The translations under genes and the position numbers were made by a program. This document shows, in pieces, positions 34,770-47,487 of a stretch of DNA of 64,000 nt. The stretch is taken from contig NC_058131.1 of assembly GCF_016433145.1 (NCBI RefSeq), forward strand, positions 602,456,185 to 602,520,184, read 5' to 3'. The DNA comes from Gracilinanus agilis. Lineage: Eukaryota. The notes below the pieces were generated by a model. That model was not told where the DNA came from. It saw only the letters and a list, made by a program, of their open reading frames with translations, and made no database searches. Positions within the stretch are counted from its first letter, which is position 1, and each line of letters opens with the position of its first letter.

Positions 34770-36415
34770 TCCAGAAAGAGAATCTGCTGATAGAACTTAG
34801 TGTCACTTTAAAGTCAATGCTAATGATATTTGGAAGATCTTGATAAACAGGAAAGGTGTACCACAGGAGTGGAAAAGGGCAAATGTCCAGAATTTCAGAA
34901 AAAAGGGAGAAAACAGAATCTCCAAATAAAAGCCCATGAATTTGATTTTGATTTCTAGGGAACTTCTAAAGTGTGTTGTGCAAAACATGGTTAGTCATAG
35001 TCAGTCAATACCTAGAAATGGAAGCAAAGAGCAATTATGACTTCATAAGGAAACAACCATACCAGAATAACATTATTTCATTTTATGACATGTTCATTGA
35101 ACTGGTAGGCCAGTGGGATGCTGTAGATGTATTTTTTTTAGATGTTAACAAAGCATTTGACATGGTCTTTCATGGTATCTTGGAAAAATATGGAGAATTG
35201 TGGGGCATCTGACAGTACAATTAGATGGATTCAGAATGGGTTGAACAATTGGCTCCAAAGAGTCATTATTAATAGTTTGATGCCAACTTGGAAAGAGGTC
35301 TTTAGTGGAGTGCCCAAATATAGCTATTTTGGCCTCATGTTATTTAGCGTTTTTATAAATAATTTTCCTAAAGGCAAAGATGGCATCTCTATCAAGTTTG
35401 TTGATTATATAATCCTGGCAGGGAAAGTATCCAAAAGAGGATCCAAGACAAGACAGATAGGATCCAAGAAAATAATAACATTGGGAGGTCAGGAGAGAAG
35501 CTAATAAGATGAAAGTATATAGTAAATACACATAAAGACTTAAACCTGGGTTCAGAAAAAAGAAAACCTTGACAGCATGAAATGGGTAAGGCATGGGTAG
35601 CCAACAATTCAGTAGGAAAAAGAGCTGGAGGAATTTTTTAGTCTACTGCAAGATCGAGATAGGCTATATTGCTTCCAGGAATCAGGAGGTGATCATTCTG
35701 ATATTAGAAATATTGTGTTGATTTCCATGTACCACAAATACATTATATTGACAAGGTGAATATTGTTGAGAGAAGGATCACCTGGATGATGACAAGACTG
35801 GATTTCATGCCATATATGAATTGGCTGAAAGAAATGGCAATGTTTCCCTAGACTAGAGAAGAGAAGAATCAAGGGGAACATGATAGCTGTTATGAAGTGT
35901 TAAAAGGACTTTTGTCTGGGAGAGGGGCCAGGCTTGTTCTGTTTGACTTCAGAAGGAAGAACTACCAATGGGAGCAGTAAGTAGGAGTTGCGAAGAGAAA
36001 GAAAATAACTTTTCTAAAACCAAGCACTACTCAAAAGCAGACTGGTTCATCTAAGGCAAGTGTTGGCAATGTATGGCTCTCAAGCCATATCTGGCTCTTT
36101 TGAGGGCCAGATATGGCTCTTTCTGCAGGAGCCATAAAGTCTAAATTTTTTAGGCGCTATTATAGGAGCGGGCACTGTGAGCACTGTACGGCTCTCACAA
36201 AATTACATTTTTAAAAATGTGGTGTTTATGGCTCTCACGGCCAAAAAGGTTGCCGACCCCTGGTCTAAGGAGATAGTGGGTTACTCCTCTTTGGATATTT
36301 TCAAGCTAAAACAGAATGAACACTTACCAAGTTTGTGATAGAAGGGATTTTTTTCAGGTATGATTGACCCAGATATCTTCTGAGGTCCCTTCCAACTCTA
36401 AAATTCTGTGACAGA
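34770..36415 (+). mobile_element. L3/CR1 LINE, RT domain to 3' end (decayed ORF2)
   Basis: ORF track peptides DAVDVFFLDVNKAFDMVFHGIL and IRWIQNGLNNWLQRVIIN...WKEVFSGVP...MLFSVFINN...KFVD are CR1 RT motifs broken by frameshifts; ends in an L3/MIR3-type tail. Confidence 0.92.
36057..36262 (-). mobile_element. hAT-Charlie MITE (OposCharlie-type), 206 bp, nested in L3
   Basis: TIRs caagtgttggcaat / gttgccgacccctg; 8-bp TSD ATCTAAGG / GTCTAAGG; homologous to 31261-31425. Confidence 0.92.
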
Positions 36416-36520
36416 AATAGTTATTTGTCTCTGCATAGAAAGAGGTATGCCCAAGAGAAAGGAATGGACTTTTAAAGACTCTTCATACAATAGATTATTT
36501 AATTTATTATCAATTAAAAG

Positions 36521-37246
36521 TGTTATGTTCACATCCTGGGAAATGATGGATGCCACATTGAATGACAGGGGAGGCAGTGGAAGGCATAGAATGTTCCCAG
36601 ATGCTGTGAGCCAGGGGCAAGTGTCAGTTGGGCTGGCAGTATAAGTTCCCCTGACAGCCATTTGAAGGGGTCTTTGGTCTTTTGGTCTTTGGGCTCTGGG
36701 TGGTGAAGGGAGGCTGAGAGGTCTATGAAGAAGAGGGTAGGAAGAATCTGAATAGTTCCTGAAGACTGTGAGAGCTAGTGCATCACCAAGCACTGATAGT
36801 GAAAAGCTGAGAGAATAACATCACCAACACAGCTGCATCAACAGCAGTCCAATTCTCTGGCTTGGCTGTGGCCAGGCTGGGCCAGAAGGGTAGTGGAGAA
36901 AAAAGCTCCAGCTTCCACTAGATCAATAGTCTCCAGTCCTGATTGTCAACTAGTTATAGATATTAAATCGACAGGGTCTCCAATTCCCATTCCTTATCCT
37001 GTTTATCCTTTCTTGATTATAGATTATAGATAAAGAGAGTTTAACAAGTACCTTCCCGAGTGGTCTTTCTATCACAACCCTTGGGAAGGGAGTCAACGCA
37101 ATCAGATACCAAACGTGATCCAAAGCAAATCAAAAACCCTATAATAATTTATCCAGCCTCAGGTTGGACCTGAAAGGGTTACTCATCCACCTAACCTTTG
37201 GGGGTCTTCCCTGGGCAACTGTTAGAGAAAAGGGGAAATTATAACA
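36521..37246 (+). mobile_element. Probable ERV solo LTR
   Basis: TGTTAT...ATAACA inverted termini and LTR-like composition. No matching TSD found, so the ends are uncertain. Confidence 0.5.
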
Positions 37247-37652
37247 ACCATCAATCGGGATTGGTGTTCTTCCATCATCTGCAACTAGGGAGAATACATA
37301 GATACATTCACATCACTGTATACCTCTATTTCCCTAGGCCCTTTTTGTTTATGACAAAAGACCATGTGTCCCTAAAGTTTTTTCTCTGCAGTATTCAAAT
37401 TTTTCTTATTCATTTATTTTAATTATAAAATCAAAGGGGGGTCAATAAATTAACATTAAAATTAATTCTAAGATGAAAGTTAGAGAGTTATTGTAAGATC
37501 AATGGAAATAGAGTTACAGCTAGAAGGGTTCTTAGAGGCCAATCTGGTCAAACTTCCTCATTTTACTGATAAGGAAACTGAGGTCTCAAGAATCAGAGGT
37601 CTTACTATATTTATATTATAGAAATAACTCACTTTTATATATTATTTTTACA

Positions 37653-37832
37653 TTTTTAAACCCTTAACTTCTGTGTCTTGGCTCCTAGGTGAAAGAGTGG
37701 TAAGGGTGGGCAATGGGGGTCAAGTGACTTGCCCAGGGTCACACAGCTGGGAAGTGTCTGAGGTCAGATTTGAACCTAGGACCTCCTGTCTCTAGGCTTG
37801 GCTCTCAATCCACTGAGCTACCCAGCAGCCCC
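37653..37832 (-). mobile_element. SINE1_Mdo, full length
   Basis: Highly similar to 28261-28445. Confidence 0.93.
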
Positions 37833-37957
37833 TATATAGTGTCTTAATGTCATATTATTACTAATAATAGTAATCTTACCTGGAATTATTTAGTGCTTTA
37901 GAGTTTGTAAAGTAATTTTTTTTACTTTATATACATTATTCATTTCTACCCATGAGG

Positions 37958-38710
37958 GAGATAACTAGGTGGTACAGTGGATAGAGCACTGGACCTGGAG
38001 TAAGAAAGATCTGAGTTCAAATATGGCTTCATATTCTTATTAGCTATATGACCCTGGTCAAGTCACTTAACCTTCTTTGTCTCAGTTCCTTATTTATAAA
38101 ATGTACTAAAGAAGGAAATGGCAAACCCCTTCAGTATCTTTTCCAAGAAAACTACAAATAGGGTCATGATGAAGAGTAAGACATGACTGAAATGACTAAA
38201 CAACAACAACCCAGTGGATACAATGCTGAACCTGCAGCCAAGAAGATCTGAGATCAAACCTAGCCTCAGACACTTGCTAGCTGTATGACCTTGGACATGT
38301 CACTTGATATGTCTGCTTCAGTTTCATATTGCACCTATCTCTAAGGGTTGTTGTCAGGATCAAATGAGATACTATATGTAAAGCACTTAGCACATTGTTT
38401 GGCACCTGGTAGGCACTTAATATTTAAAGCATTATATAAGTGCTAGCTATTATTATTATTCTCATTTTACAGATGAGGAAATTAAGTCAAAGAGATGGGG
38501 AGTGACTTCACCAGGGTCATTCAGCTAATATCCAAGGTATGATCTGCACCTTCTTGACTACAAGTCCAGCATCCTATTTACTAGGCAAAACATTGCGAGG
38601 TAAGTAGTAAAAACCATTATTATAACTATTTTGCTGATGAGAAAACCGAAGCAATAGAAGGAACTTGCCCACAGTTATTCAATCTACCAGTAAGTATCAG
38701 AGCTAGAACA
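37958..38710. mobile_element. Mar1 (+, ~37958-38210) followed by MIR fragments
   Basis: RTE tail (gaaggaaatggcaaacccc...gactaaacaacaacaac) followed by CORE motifs in both orientations. Confidence 0.8.
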
Positions 38711-39160
38711 GGACTAGGTGGAAATATTCAATATGCCCAGTTCCTCCCCAGGACCACAGAAGCATCAGACTACCTGATTCTGATATAATTCTAGAAACTT
38801 GGTGTGTATTAGTATGTGGATGCTCTTAAAGCAACAAGGAGAGACAGTTCATAATTTCAGGAAGATAAAAGTGTCAACAGTTTTTTTGGCAATGACCAGG
38901 GAATGTTGGGACATTTAACTCTCTGTGAAACTCAGAAACCTTCAGGGCACCATGACTGACATAAAACTCAAAGAGTTGTTTTCTCAATGCAAGAAACAAA
39001 AAGGAAGAGATTTTTTTTATTGTCCGAAGTCCTGCCCCCAGCCAGGGTAATATTAGTGCCCACCGAGACCGCGTGGAGGTCTTCTTAGCTACTGGTTCAG
39101 AGTCTCTTGGGGTAGCCCTGTGAGAGGGGAATTTTCTACCCCTTAGAATGTATGCTTCTT

Positions 39161-39519
39161 TTTTTTTTTAATTGAAATATTTTATTTTTTTAGAAACATT
39201 TTCCATGGTTACATGATTCTTGTTTTTACTTTCTCCTTCAGCCCCCGTCACCCCCCCCCATATCCAAAGCACATTTCCAATGGTTTTAACATGTGTGATC
39301 AGTCAAGACTTATTTACATATTATCGATAGTTGCATTGGTGTGGTCATTTAGGGTCTACATCCCCAACCATGTCCGCATCAACCCATGTGTTCAAGCAGT
39401 TGTTTTTCTTCTGTTTCCACTCCTATAGTTCTTCCTCTGAATGTGGGTAGCATCTTCTCCATAAATCCCTCAGAATTGTCCTGGGTCATTGCTTTGCTGC
39501 CAGTACAGAAGTTCATTAC
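39161..39519 (-). mobile_element. 5'-truncated L1 insertion (3' end only), young
   Basis: Poly-T start, L1 3'UTR, and a perfect 16-bp TSD AGAATGTATGCTTCTT (39145-39160 / 39520-39535); inserted into an L2 tail. Confidence 0.92.
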
Positions 39520-40116
39520 AGAATGTATGCTTCTTGCAGGCAAGGACTGTTTCATTTCTTTTATTTGTATCTCCAGGACCTAGAAAAGTGACTGGTATAT
39601 AGTTGGTGCTATTGTTCAGGCATTCAGTCATGTCCACTTCTGTGTGATCCATCGATTTTATCCATGGTTTTTCCTGGCAAAGATACTGGAGTACTTTGCC
39701 ATTCCCTTCTCTGGTACCTATTTTATACATTTGGACCTGAGGCAATTAGGGATTAAGTGACTTGTTCAGGATTTGAACTCAGATCTTCCTCCTGGGGACC
39801 AGTTGCACCACCTAGCTACCTAATTAGAAGACAGCACAATGATAACGCTCATTGACTGATTTTTCTTTGCTCTTCATGAAGGAGCCCACTTAGGCAGCAA
39901 TTCAGGAAACTCCTGAGGTTCTTGGGAGCTCGTTCTAAACCTCTAGTCAGAGGCTTTTTCCTTGCCTAGCCCGATGGCTGGGTGATCATGGCCAGTCCCT
40001 CCTTGGATTCTCAATGCCTTTTCAAACTGCTCTCTGAGAGTCTTTGGCAAAGGAGATAACAAAGATGCAGGTGGCAAGCCCCTCCAGGAACCTCGAGGTG
40101 AAGGTTGTTCTGCTTC

Positions 40117-40135
40117 TCAGCACGAGAGGGCGCTG
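40117..40135 (+). promoter_or_regulatory. CTCF-like motif
   Basis: TCAGCACGAGAGGGCGCTG within a locally CpG-retaining segment. Confidence 0.5.
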
Positions 40136-41050
40136 TCCCGTAGTACAGAGCCCAGCCTTCTCGGAGATTGGACAACAAAGTAGCAGCTGGGGAAAGGGAT
40201 GCTTTCTGGATACTTGAAAAGGCAAACTGTGAAACCTGTGCCTGAAGTTGATGGAGATGCTCTCAGAGCAAGAGGCATCTGCACCAGAAAACTTTGTTGT
40301 TAATCAGAAGTTTAGAGCCTCTTTGATCACTTTCACGGGAATATTTTGGGGACTGTTAATTACCTTAGCTATTTGGGGATCCTTGCAGTCAGTCAGAAAC
40401 ACCTACCTCAAAGGCTCCGAGCTTATTGTAAGTTTGGCAGCAGCCAGCAGCTTCCACTGGAGCAGATCTTAGGCACTGCAGCTGAGGCAATTTGTCCTAT
40501 TATTTTTAGGATAATAGAATGTGTGAGGTGGAGAAGACTTTGAAAGTCATTTAGTTCAGCCTACTCGTTTGACAAATGAGGAAACTGAGGCTCTAGGTGT
40601 TAAAGACACTTGGTCCAGGTCACAAAACAGGGATGTGGCAGGACTGGGACTCAGCCCGAGACTCAAATCCAGGTCTCCTAACTCCTAGTTCAATTTAGGT
40701 CCGGGAAACCTTGTCCAATCATCCAACAACCCTGAGTATTGCCTCCTTCCTCAAACTGCTTCGTATTCATGCATCTGTGTATCTTATAATTGTCTCCCAC
40801 TCAGTGGAATTTAAACTCCTTGAGGGAAGGGACTGTTTTTGATTTTATTCTGATTGTGTAACTTTTGTGGGTGATTAATACATTTTGTCAAATTGAGAAT
40901 GGAAGTAAAAGTGGTCAGACCTATACTTTAGGAAGATGACTTTGGCAGCTGAGTAGAGGATGGATTAGAGATGGGAGACACTTGAGCAGAGAAAACAGCC
41001 ACCAGGTTATTGCAGTAGTAAAGTATGAGATGATGATATTTGTCCTTTTA

Positions 41051-41385
41051 TTTGAAAACCCTTACCTTCCATCTTAGAATCAATATTGTATATTGGTTCC
41101 AAGGTAAAGGAGTCAAGATGACAGATTAGGGGCAGCCACACAGCTAAACTCTCCCAACATTCTCCTCTCAGCAACTTATTTTTTTTTAAATAAAAACCCT
41201 TATCTTCTGTGTTGAGTCCATACTGTGTTTTGGTTCCAAGGCAGAAAACTGGTAAGGGCTATGCAATGAGGGGCTGTGACTTGCCAGGGGTCACACAGCA
41301 AGGAAGTATCTGAGATCAGATTTAAGCCAAAGATTTCCCATTTCCAGTCTTGCTTCTCAAGTCATGGAGCCACCTAACTGCCTCT
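41051..41385 (-). mobile_element. SINE2-like tail fragment, short L1 5'-end-like piece, and SINE2-like copy
   Basis: aaaacccttaccttccatcttagaatcaat occurs twice; the intervening gagtcaagatgacag...aactctccc resembles an L1 5' end. Confidence 0.65.
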
Positions 41386-42092
41386 CATCCTTTGTTTTCA
41401 GGGAGAACCAGTAATATCATGGAGTGTGTGTGAATTAAATGGAAGTGAGGCAGAGTTTCACACAATTATCTCACCTGACTCTCTTCCAGTCATTGAAGTC
41501 CAGTGTCATGAACAGAATCACATAAAACAGTATTTAGTAACAACTCATACCTATGTTATAAATTATTGGCAATCTGATATTTAAACATCACCATAATATA
41601 AAGCAATTTGTAGGACTTCCAATTAGGTATTTTGCATTTCATCTTTTTTCTTCACAGATAAAAGAATTTTAGGTACATGTTTTCTGGTCAAAACAGTCAG
41701 GAATGGACCAATCTTCTTGTTTATATTGGCCATCTCCAAGAGCATCAGGGTAGCAACTTTATTCCCTATTCCAAGGACCTAAGACCTTCTCACCAGTCTC
41801 CAGTTTTTAAGGCCATCTCTGAATCTGGACATGTTCATCAAAGGACAAATACTCATTCAGCTGAAATCAGGAAAGAACTAAACAAAATGGTAGAAAAGTC
41901 AGTGGCCAAAGACCTAACTGAGTTGCATTGTGCTAACTGCCACACTAGTTTGGTTACCATGGTGTTGTGTTATAAAGGCCCATTCTGCCTCCGTTCTTTG
42001 CTGGAGAGTGTTGGAGTTACACAACACCATCTGGGATGTCAGTCTTTAACTGACATCCCACCCCCACACTCCTATCAAACAGGGGAGGAAAA

Positions 42093-42255
42093 GGGCAGCT
42101 GGGCTTCTCAGTGGGGAGGACCTGGGTTCAAATATGGTCTTAGACACTTGCTCTAGTTACTTAACCCCAACATTTCAGCCCTTACTGCTCTTCTGCCTTA
42201 GAACTGATACTTGCAGCAACTCCAAGATGGAAGGTAAGGTTTAAAAAAAAAGAAA
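42093..42255 (+). mobile_element. SINE2_MD-like
   Basis: gggcagctgggcttctcagtgg...cttctgccttagaac...ggaaggtaaggtttaaaaaaa. Confidence 0.85.
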
Positions 42256-43147
42256 AGAAGATGTGGAAGAAGACCATAGGCCTACTCAAAGTTGTCCATA
42301 TAATACTGAAACATCAAGACCTTTCAGCGTCAGGTCATTGCATAACCAATAGCAGTCCCTAAAGCCCCTACATGATTAGTTGGGGCCAGAAAGGGTGTAC
42401 ATGGTGGGCTTGTCCATATTAAATCAATAAAGGACTTTCCCCCTCACTTTATACCTTGTAAAATCTCTATAGATTCCTTCAGAACTGATGGCTTAGGTCA
42501 AGTGCCATCTCCTATATGAAGCCTAATTTGAGTCATCTTTACCACCTCTTAATATTTTTTTGGTTTTAATTTTTTTTTCATTCATGTGGTTTTAGAGTCT
42601 CCTTCCTGCTACCCTCTATTCCAGCATTTAAATGAATGTAAATACTTTGAGAGAGGGACATATTGTTTTCTTCTTTGTATCTGCAGCACCTCCTACAGTG
42701 CCTGGCACATAGTAGGCATTTAAAAAGTGCTTGTTGAATGACAGATTGGTTACATCCTTTGTCATGCAATAAATCTTTTTAAAAATACACACAAACTTCT
42801 CAAGTACATTCTAATTTGGTTAGGTTGTAAAAATCTTAAAAGTGCCCTTGGTGAGCTGAACAGAACTTCATTAAGTATATTGACCTTCATACTGTGAAGA
42901 TACCGTGGACTGTATCACATTTTCAACACCTCTGTTCTGTACGTCCATGTATCCTGCTATGTATTTTTAGGTCTGGCAGGAGTTTCATTTTGCATGACTA
43001 TATTTCACCTTCACAGTGCATAATACAATCTTGTGGATTCAATTCAGGAGGGAAATAGACTCTCACAAGCCTGAAAAAAAAACAAAAGCCTATTTTTAAA
43101 AGATCTCTTGCCCTTTTGTAAAATGTGTTTATAAAGTAGCATGGTAT

Positions 43148-43215
43148 TCTCTCTCTCTCCCTCTCTCCTCTCTCCTCTCTCCTCTCTCCTCTCTCCTCTC
43201 TCCTCTCTCCTCCCC
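43148..43215. repeat. (CTCTC)n polypyrimidine microsatellite at a SINE tail
   Basis: Directly visible; followed by a minus-strand SINE2-like copy that runs into the gap. Confidence 0.92.
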
Positions 43216-43300
43216 CTATATTCCATCTTAGAATCAATACTGTGTATTGGTTCCAAGACAGAAGAGCAGTGAGGGCTAGGCAATGGGGCTTAAGTGACTT

Positions 43301-43747
43301 NNNNNNNNNNNNNNNNNNNNNNNNNNNNNNNNNNNNNNNNNNNNNNNNNNNNNNNNNNNNNNNNNNNNNNNNNNNNNNNNNNNNNNNNNNNNNNNNNNNN
43401 NNNNNNNNNNNNNNNNNNNNNNNNNNNNNNNNNNNNNNNNNNNNNNNNNNNNNNNNNNNNNNNNNNNNNNNNNNNNNNNNNNNNNNNNNNNNNNNNNNNN
43501 NNNNNNNNNNNNNNNNNNNNNNNNNNNNNNNNNNNNNNNNNNNNNNNNNNNNNNNNNNNNNNNNNNNNNNNNNNNNNNNNNNNNNNNNNNNNNNNNNNNN
43601 NNNNNNNNNNNNNNNNNNNNNNNNNNNNNNNNNNNNNNNNNNNNNNNNNNNNNNNNNNNNNNNNNNNNNNNNNNNNNNNNNNNNNNNNNNNNNNNNNNNN
43701 NNNNNNNNNNNNNNNNNNNNNNNNNNNNNNNNNNNNNNNNNNNNNNN
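43301..43747. other. Assembly gap
   Basis: N run; followed by a CT/CCT-rich tract (43748-43803). Confidence 0.99.
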
Positions 43748-44044
43748 CTTCTCCCTTCTCCTCTCTTCCTCCTCCTCCTCTTCTTCACCCATTCCTCCCT
43801 CCCCAACTATGAAACCATTGTGTAGTCTCACCAACCTTTAAGTCATATCATGGATCCAAGAAAGGGCAGAGTTGGAAATGATAAACTCATGACCAGAAAG
43901 GTTAGAGACAAAATTCAAACTCTGTGTGAATACTAACTTGATTTTCTTGTAAAAGAATGGAAAAACATCTGATTCAGGTAAAAGAAAACAAAGCAAAATA
44001 TTCAGATAACTATTTACACAAACTATTTCTCTCAATTGTGTAGA

Positions 44045-44296
44045 CATTTTCAGATGTTTTTCAGACATGTTCAATTTTTATGACGCCATTTGGGTTTTTC
44101 TTGGCAAAGATATTGAAATGGTTTGCTGTTTCCTTTTCTAGTTCATTCATTTCACTCATAAGGAAACTGAGGCAATCAGGATAAAGTGATTTGTCCAGGG
44201 TTAAACAATTAGTTAGTGCCAGAATTAAACTCAGCAAGATGAGTCTTCCTTACTCCAGGTCCAGTGCTCTATCCATTGTGCAACCAAGCTGCCCTA
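44045..44296 (-). mobile_element. Mar1 CORE-RTE SINE
   Basis: ttttcttggcaaagatattgaaatgg...gaaactgaggcaatcagg...ccagtgctctatcca. Confidence 0.8.
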
Positions 44297-44349
44297 ACTC
44301 TATGTAGACATAGACTTCATTAATTCAAGCCTTGTAATTCATAGACTAC

Positions 44350-45960
44350 TAGATTGTGAAAGCTTGAAAGGACCTCAAAGGAAGTCCAGTTTTAGCTCCT
44401 TCTAAAGGAAAAAATCTCTTGTATAGCATCGCAGCCAGTGATCATACAACCTCTGTTTGAAGATGTTCAGGGATAGGAAATTGCCCTGTGGGTCATTTCA
44501 TTTCACTTTTGGAGATCCCTAATTGCTAGGATGTTTTTATATGGTACAGCAATTTCTTTCCCTATAACTTCTATCTTTATCCCTATTTCAATTCAATAAA
44601 CATTTTTTGCTTTTTGAGTATCTACTGTGGACAGGCCAATGTGCTAGTCACTGGACAATAACAAACAAAAACACAATATTTGATGCTTTCAAGAAACTCT
44701 TAAGCTATCTGGTTCATATTCTGCTCACTGTGACCTAGCAAAAAAATAAAAGTAAAAAAAAAATAAAAACAGCCAGATTGCTTTTCCATTTGGCATTATT
44801 TTAAATAATTGAGCACAGCTTTCAAAAACCTATAAATCTTTTCATGGGACAAATCCCCTGTTTTCTAAAAATTTCTCATGTTTCTGAGCCAATATCATTG
44901 TTCTGAGTTGTTTCAGCATTGGTTATCTTGTGGATTGATGCACTGTAGTTTATTGTCTTTACCAAAATGTGGTTGGTATCCAAAATAATCCTAAAGAAGT
45001 CATCTTACCATAGAAGAGCATACATATTTTGAGAAGTTCTCTGATGCTTTCTTCTGATAATGCTATTTGAGATCAAATATACCTTTTTGAATGCCATGTT
45101 AAATCATTGACTTCTAATGAGTTTCTTCTTAGTGGAAAAAAAAAAGGCCAAGACTTTGTCATATTATGTGGGATGTTCAGCAACCAAGATTTGTTAATTG
45201 GTGATACCTTTCCCATCTTGCACTTGTACAGTTAATATTTTGAACCTGAATATAAACATTACTTTGATCTCTATTAAATTTCACTTCTTTTGATTTTAAA
45301 TCCTGATTATGCATGTATTAGCTATTCCTTCTAGCTCCTTTCATCTGCAAATTTCATAAGCATGTAAAAAAAAGGTTAAGTTCAATAAAACCAGGACAAC
45401 ATGTCTAGGTAAAACACCAAAGACTTCTTGATATTGACATGGAGCCTTCCACATCTATTTGTCTTTTTCATAAGTCTGACATATGAAACATTGTCAAAAA
45501 CATTGCTTAAAACTAGTTTTACTATGTCATCAATATGTCCTTGTATTAGTCTAATAACTCTGTTTAAAAACATAGCTTGTGAGTTTAGTTTGGTATAATT
45601 AGTAGAGTTTAGTTTGTATAATCTGACTGTGAATTTTTTTGGCTTTTAGTAACCATGGCTTCCCTTTCTAAATATTTTTTTAAACTCTTACTTTCTGTCT
45701 TAGTAACAACTCTAAGATAGAAGGGTAAGGGCTAGGTAAATTAGTTATGTGACTTGTCCAGGGTAGGAAGTCCAGCTAGGAAGTATTTGAGTTGGTGCTT
45801 TATCTACTGAGCTACCTTAACTATCCCTCTAAATGTTTAAAAACCATCCCTTTTATGATAATACATTCTAGACTATTTCCAAGAAGTAAAAGTCAAACTC
45901 CCTGAACTATTGCTTCAAATTTTACCTTCTTTCTCTTTTTGAAAATTGGAACATTTTCCC
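44350..45960 (-). mobile_element. L3/CR1 fragment with L2-tail and SINE insertions
   Basis: Antisense L3 3' end and RT; ORF 45382(-) DDIVKLVLSNVFDNVSY corresponds to the CR1 motif DI.YLDFSKAFD.V.H. Confidence 0.78.
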
Positions 45961-47487
45961 ATTTCCAGTCTTAAAATATGTCCTTCTCTCCAATTTCTCA
46001 AAAATCATTGCAGCTGCTAGATTCTCTTAGTTTTGTCCTTATTCTTACTTTTCACAGGGCCCATGAGGAGCATTTTGAAATATTAGAGCTTCTTTCTTTC
46101 CCTCCTTTTTAGGCATTCAGTGGTTGGTCTTTATATGTGAATTCTTTGAAGTGGGATCTGTCATGTATTGTTACAATAGAAGACAATTCATGAATGTGTT
46201 CATTATAGGATTTCACTTCTTTTTTCTTTTTTGATCTTTCTTTCCTCTTCTTTCTTCCACTGGGCTCAACTTTGGAAGTTGAAACTGGTAAAATTAGGCA
46301 TTTGGGAGCTTTTGCATATCTCTACCTTTAAAAAGCAGAAGCCTGTATTTGTAGGAAGTCAAAGGTAGTCAGAGTGAGAATAGAAAATGCTTAGTGAGAG
46401 GGTGAAAAAATGTTGGTAGAACAGTAAGGTGTTGCAGGTAGGAAAGAAAATAAGTTGGTGAAGACATCATTACCCTATTATGAAGCAAATGAGGCATCAT
46501 TACTTGACTCTGAATCAAATTTAATCATCTCCGTTTTCATATTCATGGAAAATAGAATTTAAAAGACTATCCATTTCTATTGAGCAAAACACGTGGCACC
46601 AGGATAGATCTGGTTTCAGTTCTAGTCAGAGTATGTCCTAGCTACATATGGTTATATTGTCAAGGCTTTTACTATCTCAGAACCTCACATTCCTAATCTA
46701 TGGAATGTGAAAAATTCTATTTGTATTATCTACATCATCTGATTTTTGTGAGGGAAAATAATGTATAAACCTTAAGGTACTATACAAATGTTAGCTATTA
46801 TTATCAGGGGTATGGACCAGTGAGTTCTCCTCATTGGAGGCAATTCAAACAGTCTGGATGACAAGGCCATCTGGAGGAACTTTGCATTCATTGATCTCTA
46901 TAAATAGTTATAGGAGTACATAAAATATATCTGGAGAACACTGCTGTTTCTCCTTTTGTTCATCCAGTGTTCCTGGATGACTGGCCAATTCTATCTGGCA
47001 ATCAGCATTTGAGTTTTGATTGGTTGTCCTATCAAAGGGCTGGCCAACATTGATGCCAATTGATAGCTCAGCCAACCAATGTAGAATGTTCTCTTTTCTC
47101 ATCTATGTCTTTTTTTTTCTGACTTCTATCAACACTCAGTTGAACTGTAGCTCCTACAGGAAGCTTTTCTCAGATTTCACAGGTGCTAGAGCCTTCCACT
47201 CTAAGGTTATCTTCCATCCATTCTGCATCTTTCAGCTATGGGCATATTTCTATAAATATGATCTTCCCAACTAGAATGTAACCTCCTTAAGGGAAGTGCC
47301 TGGTTTTTGCCTTTCTTTGTATTCCCAGCACTTGACAGAGGGGCTGGCACATAGTTAAGCCCTTCATAAATGTTTATTGTTTGACTGATTGATGTGGAAG
47401 TGGTAGAGTGAGGATGCTGTGTAGGACCTCCTCTGTCCTTGCCCTCTTCCCATTCAAAGAAAGAAGAAGGTTGTAGACTGTAACCTG

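Noticed and set aside
34973-35504. RT-like ORFs as a functional reverse transcriptase gene
   Set aside because: Frameshifted, decayed L3/CR1 ORF2; the catalytic motif is degenerate (KFVD).
41677-42156. 159-aa ORF, the longest without Ns
   Set aside because: Its 3' end runs into a SINE; no recognisable domain or exon structure; possibly a retroelement relic.
42998-43841. Longest ORFs in the track (172-278 aa)
   Set aside because: They consist of N gap, microsatellite and SINE sequence.
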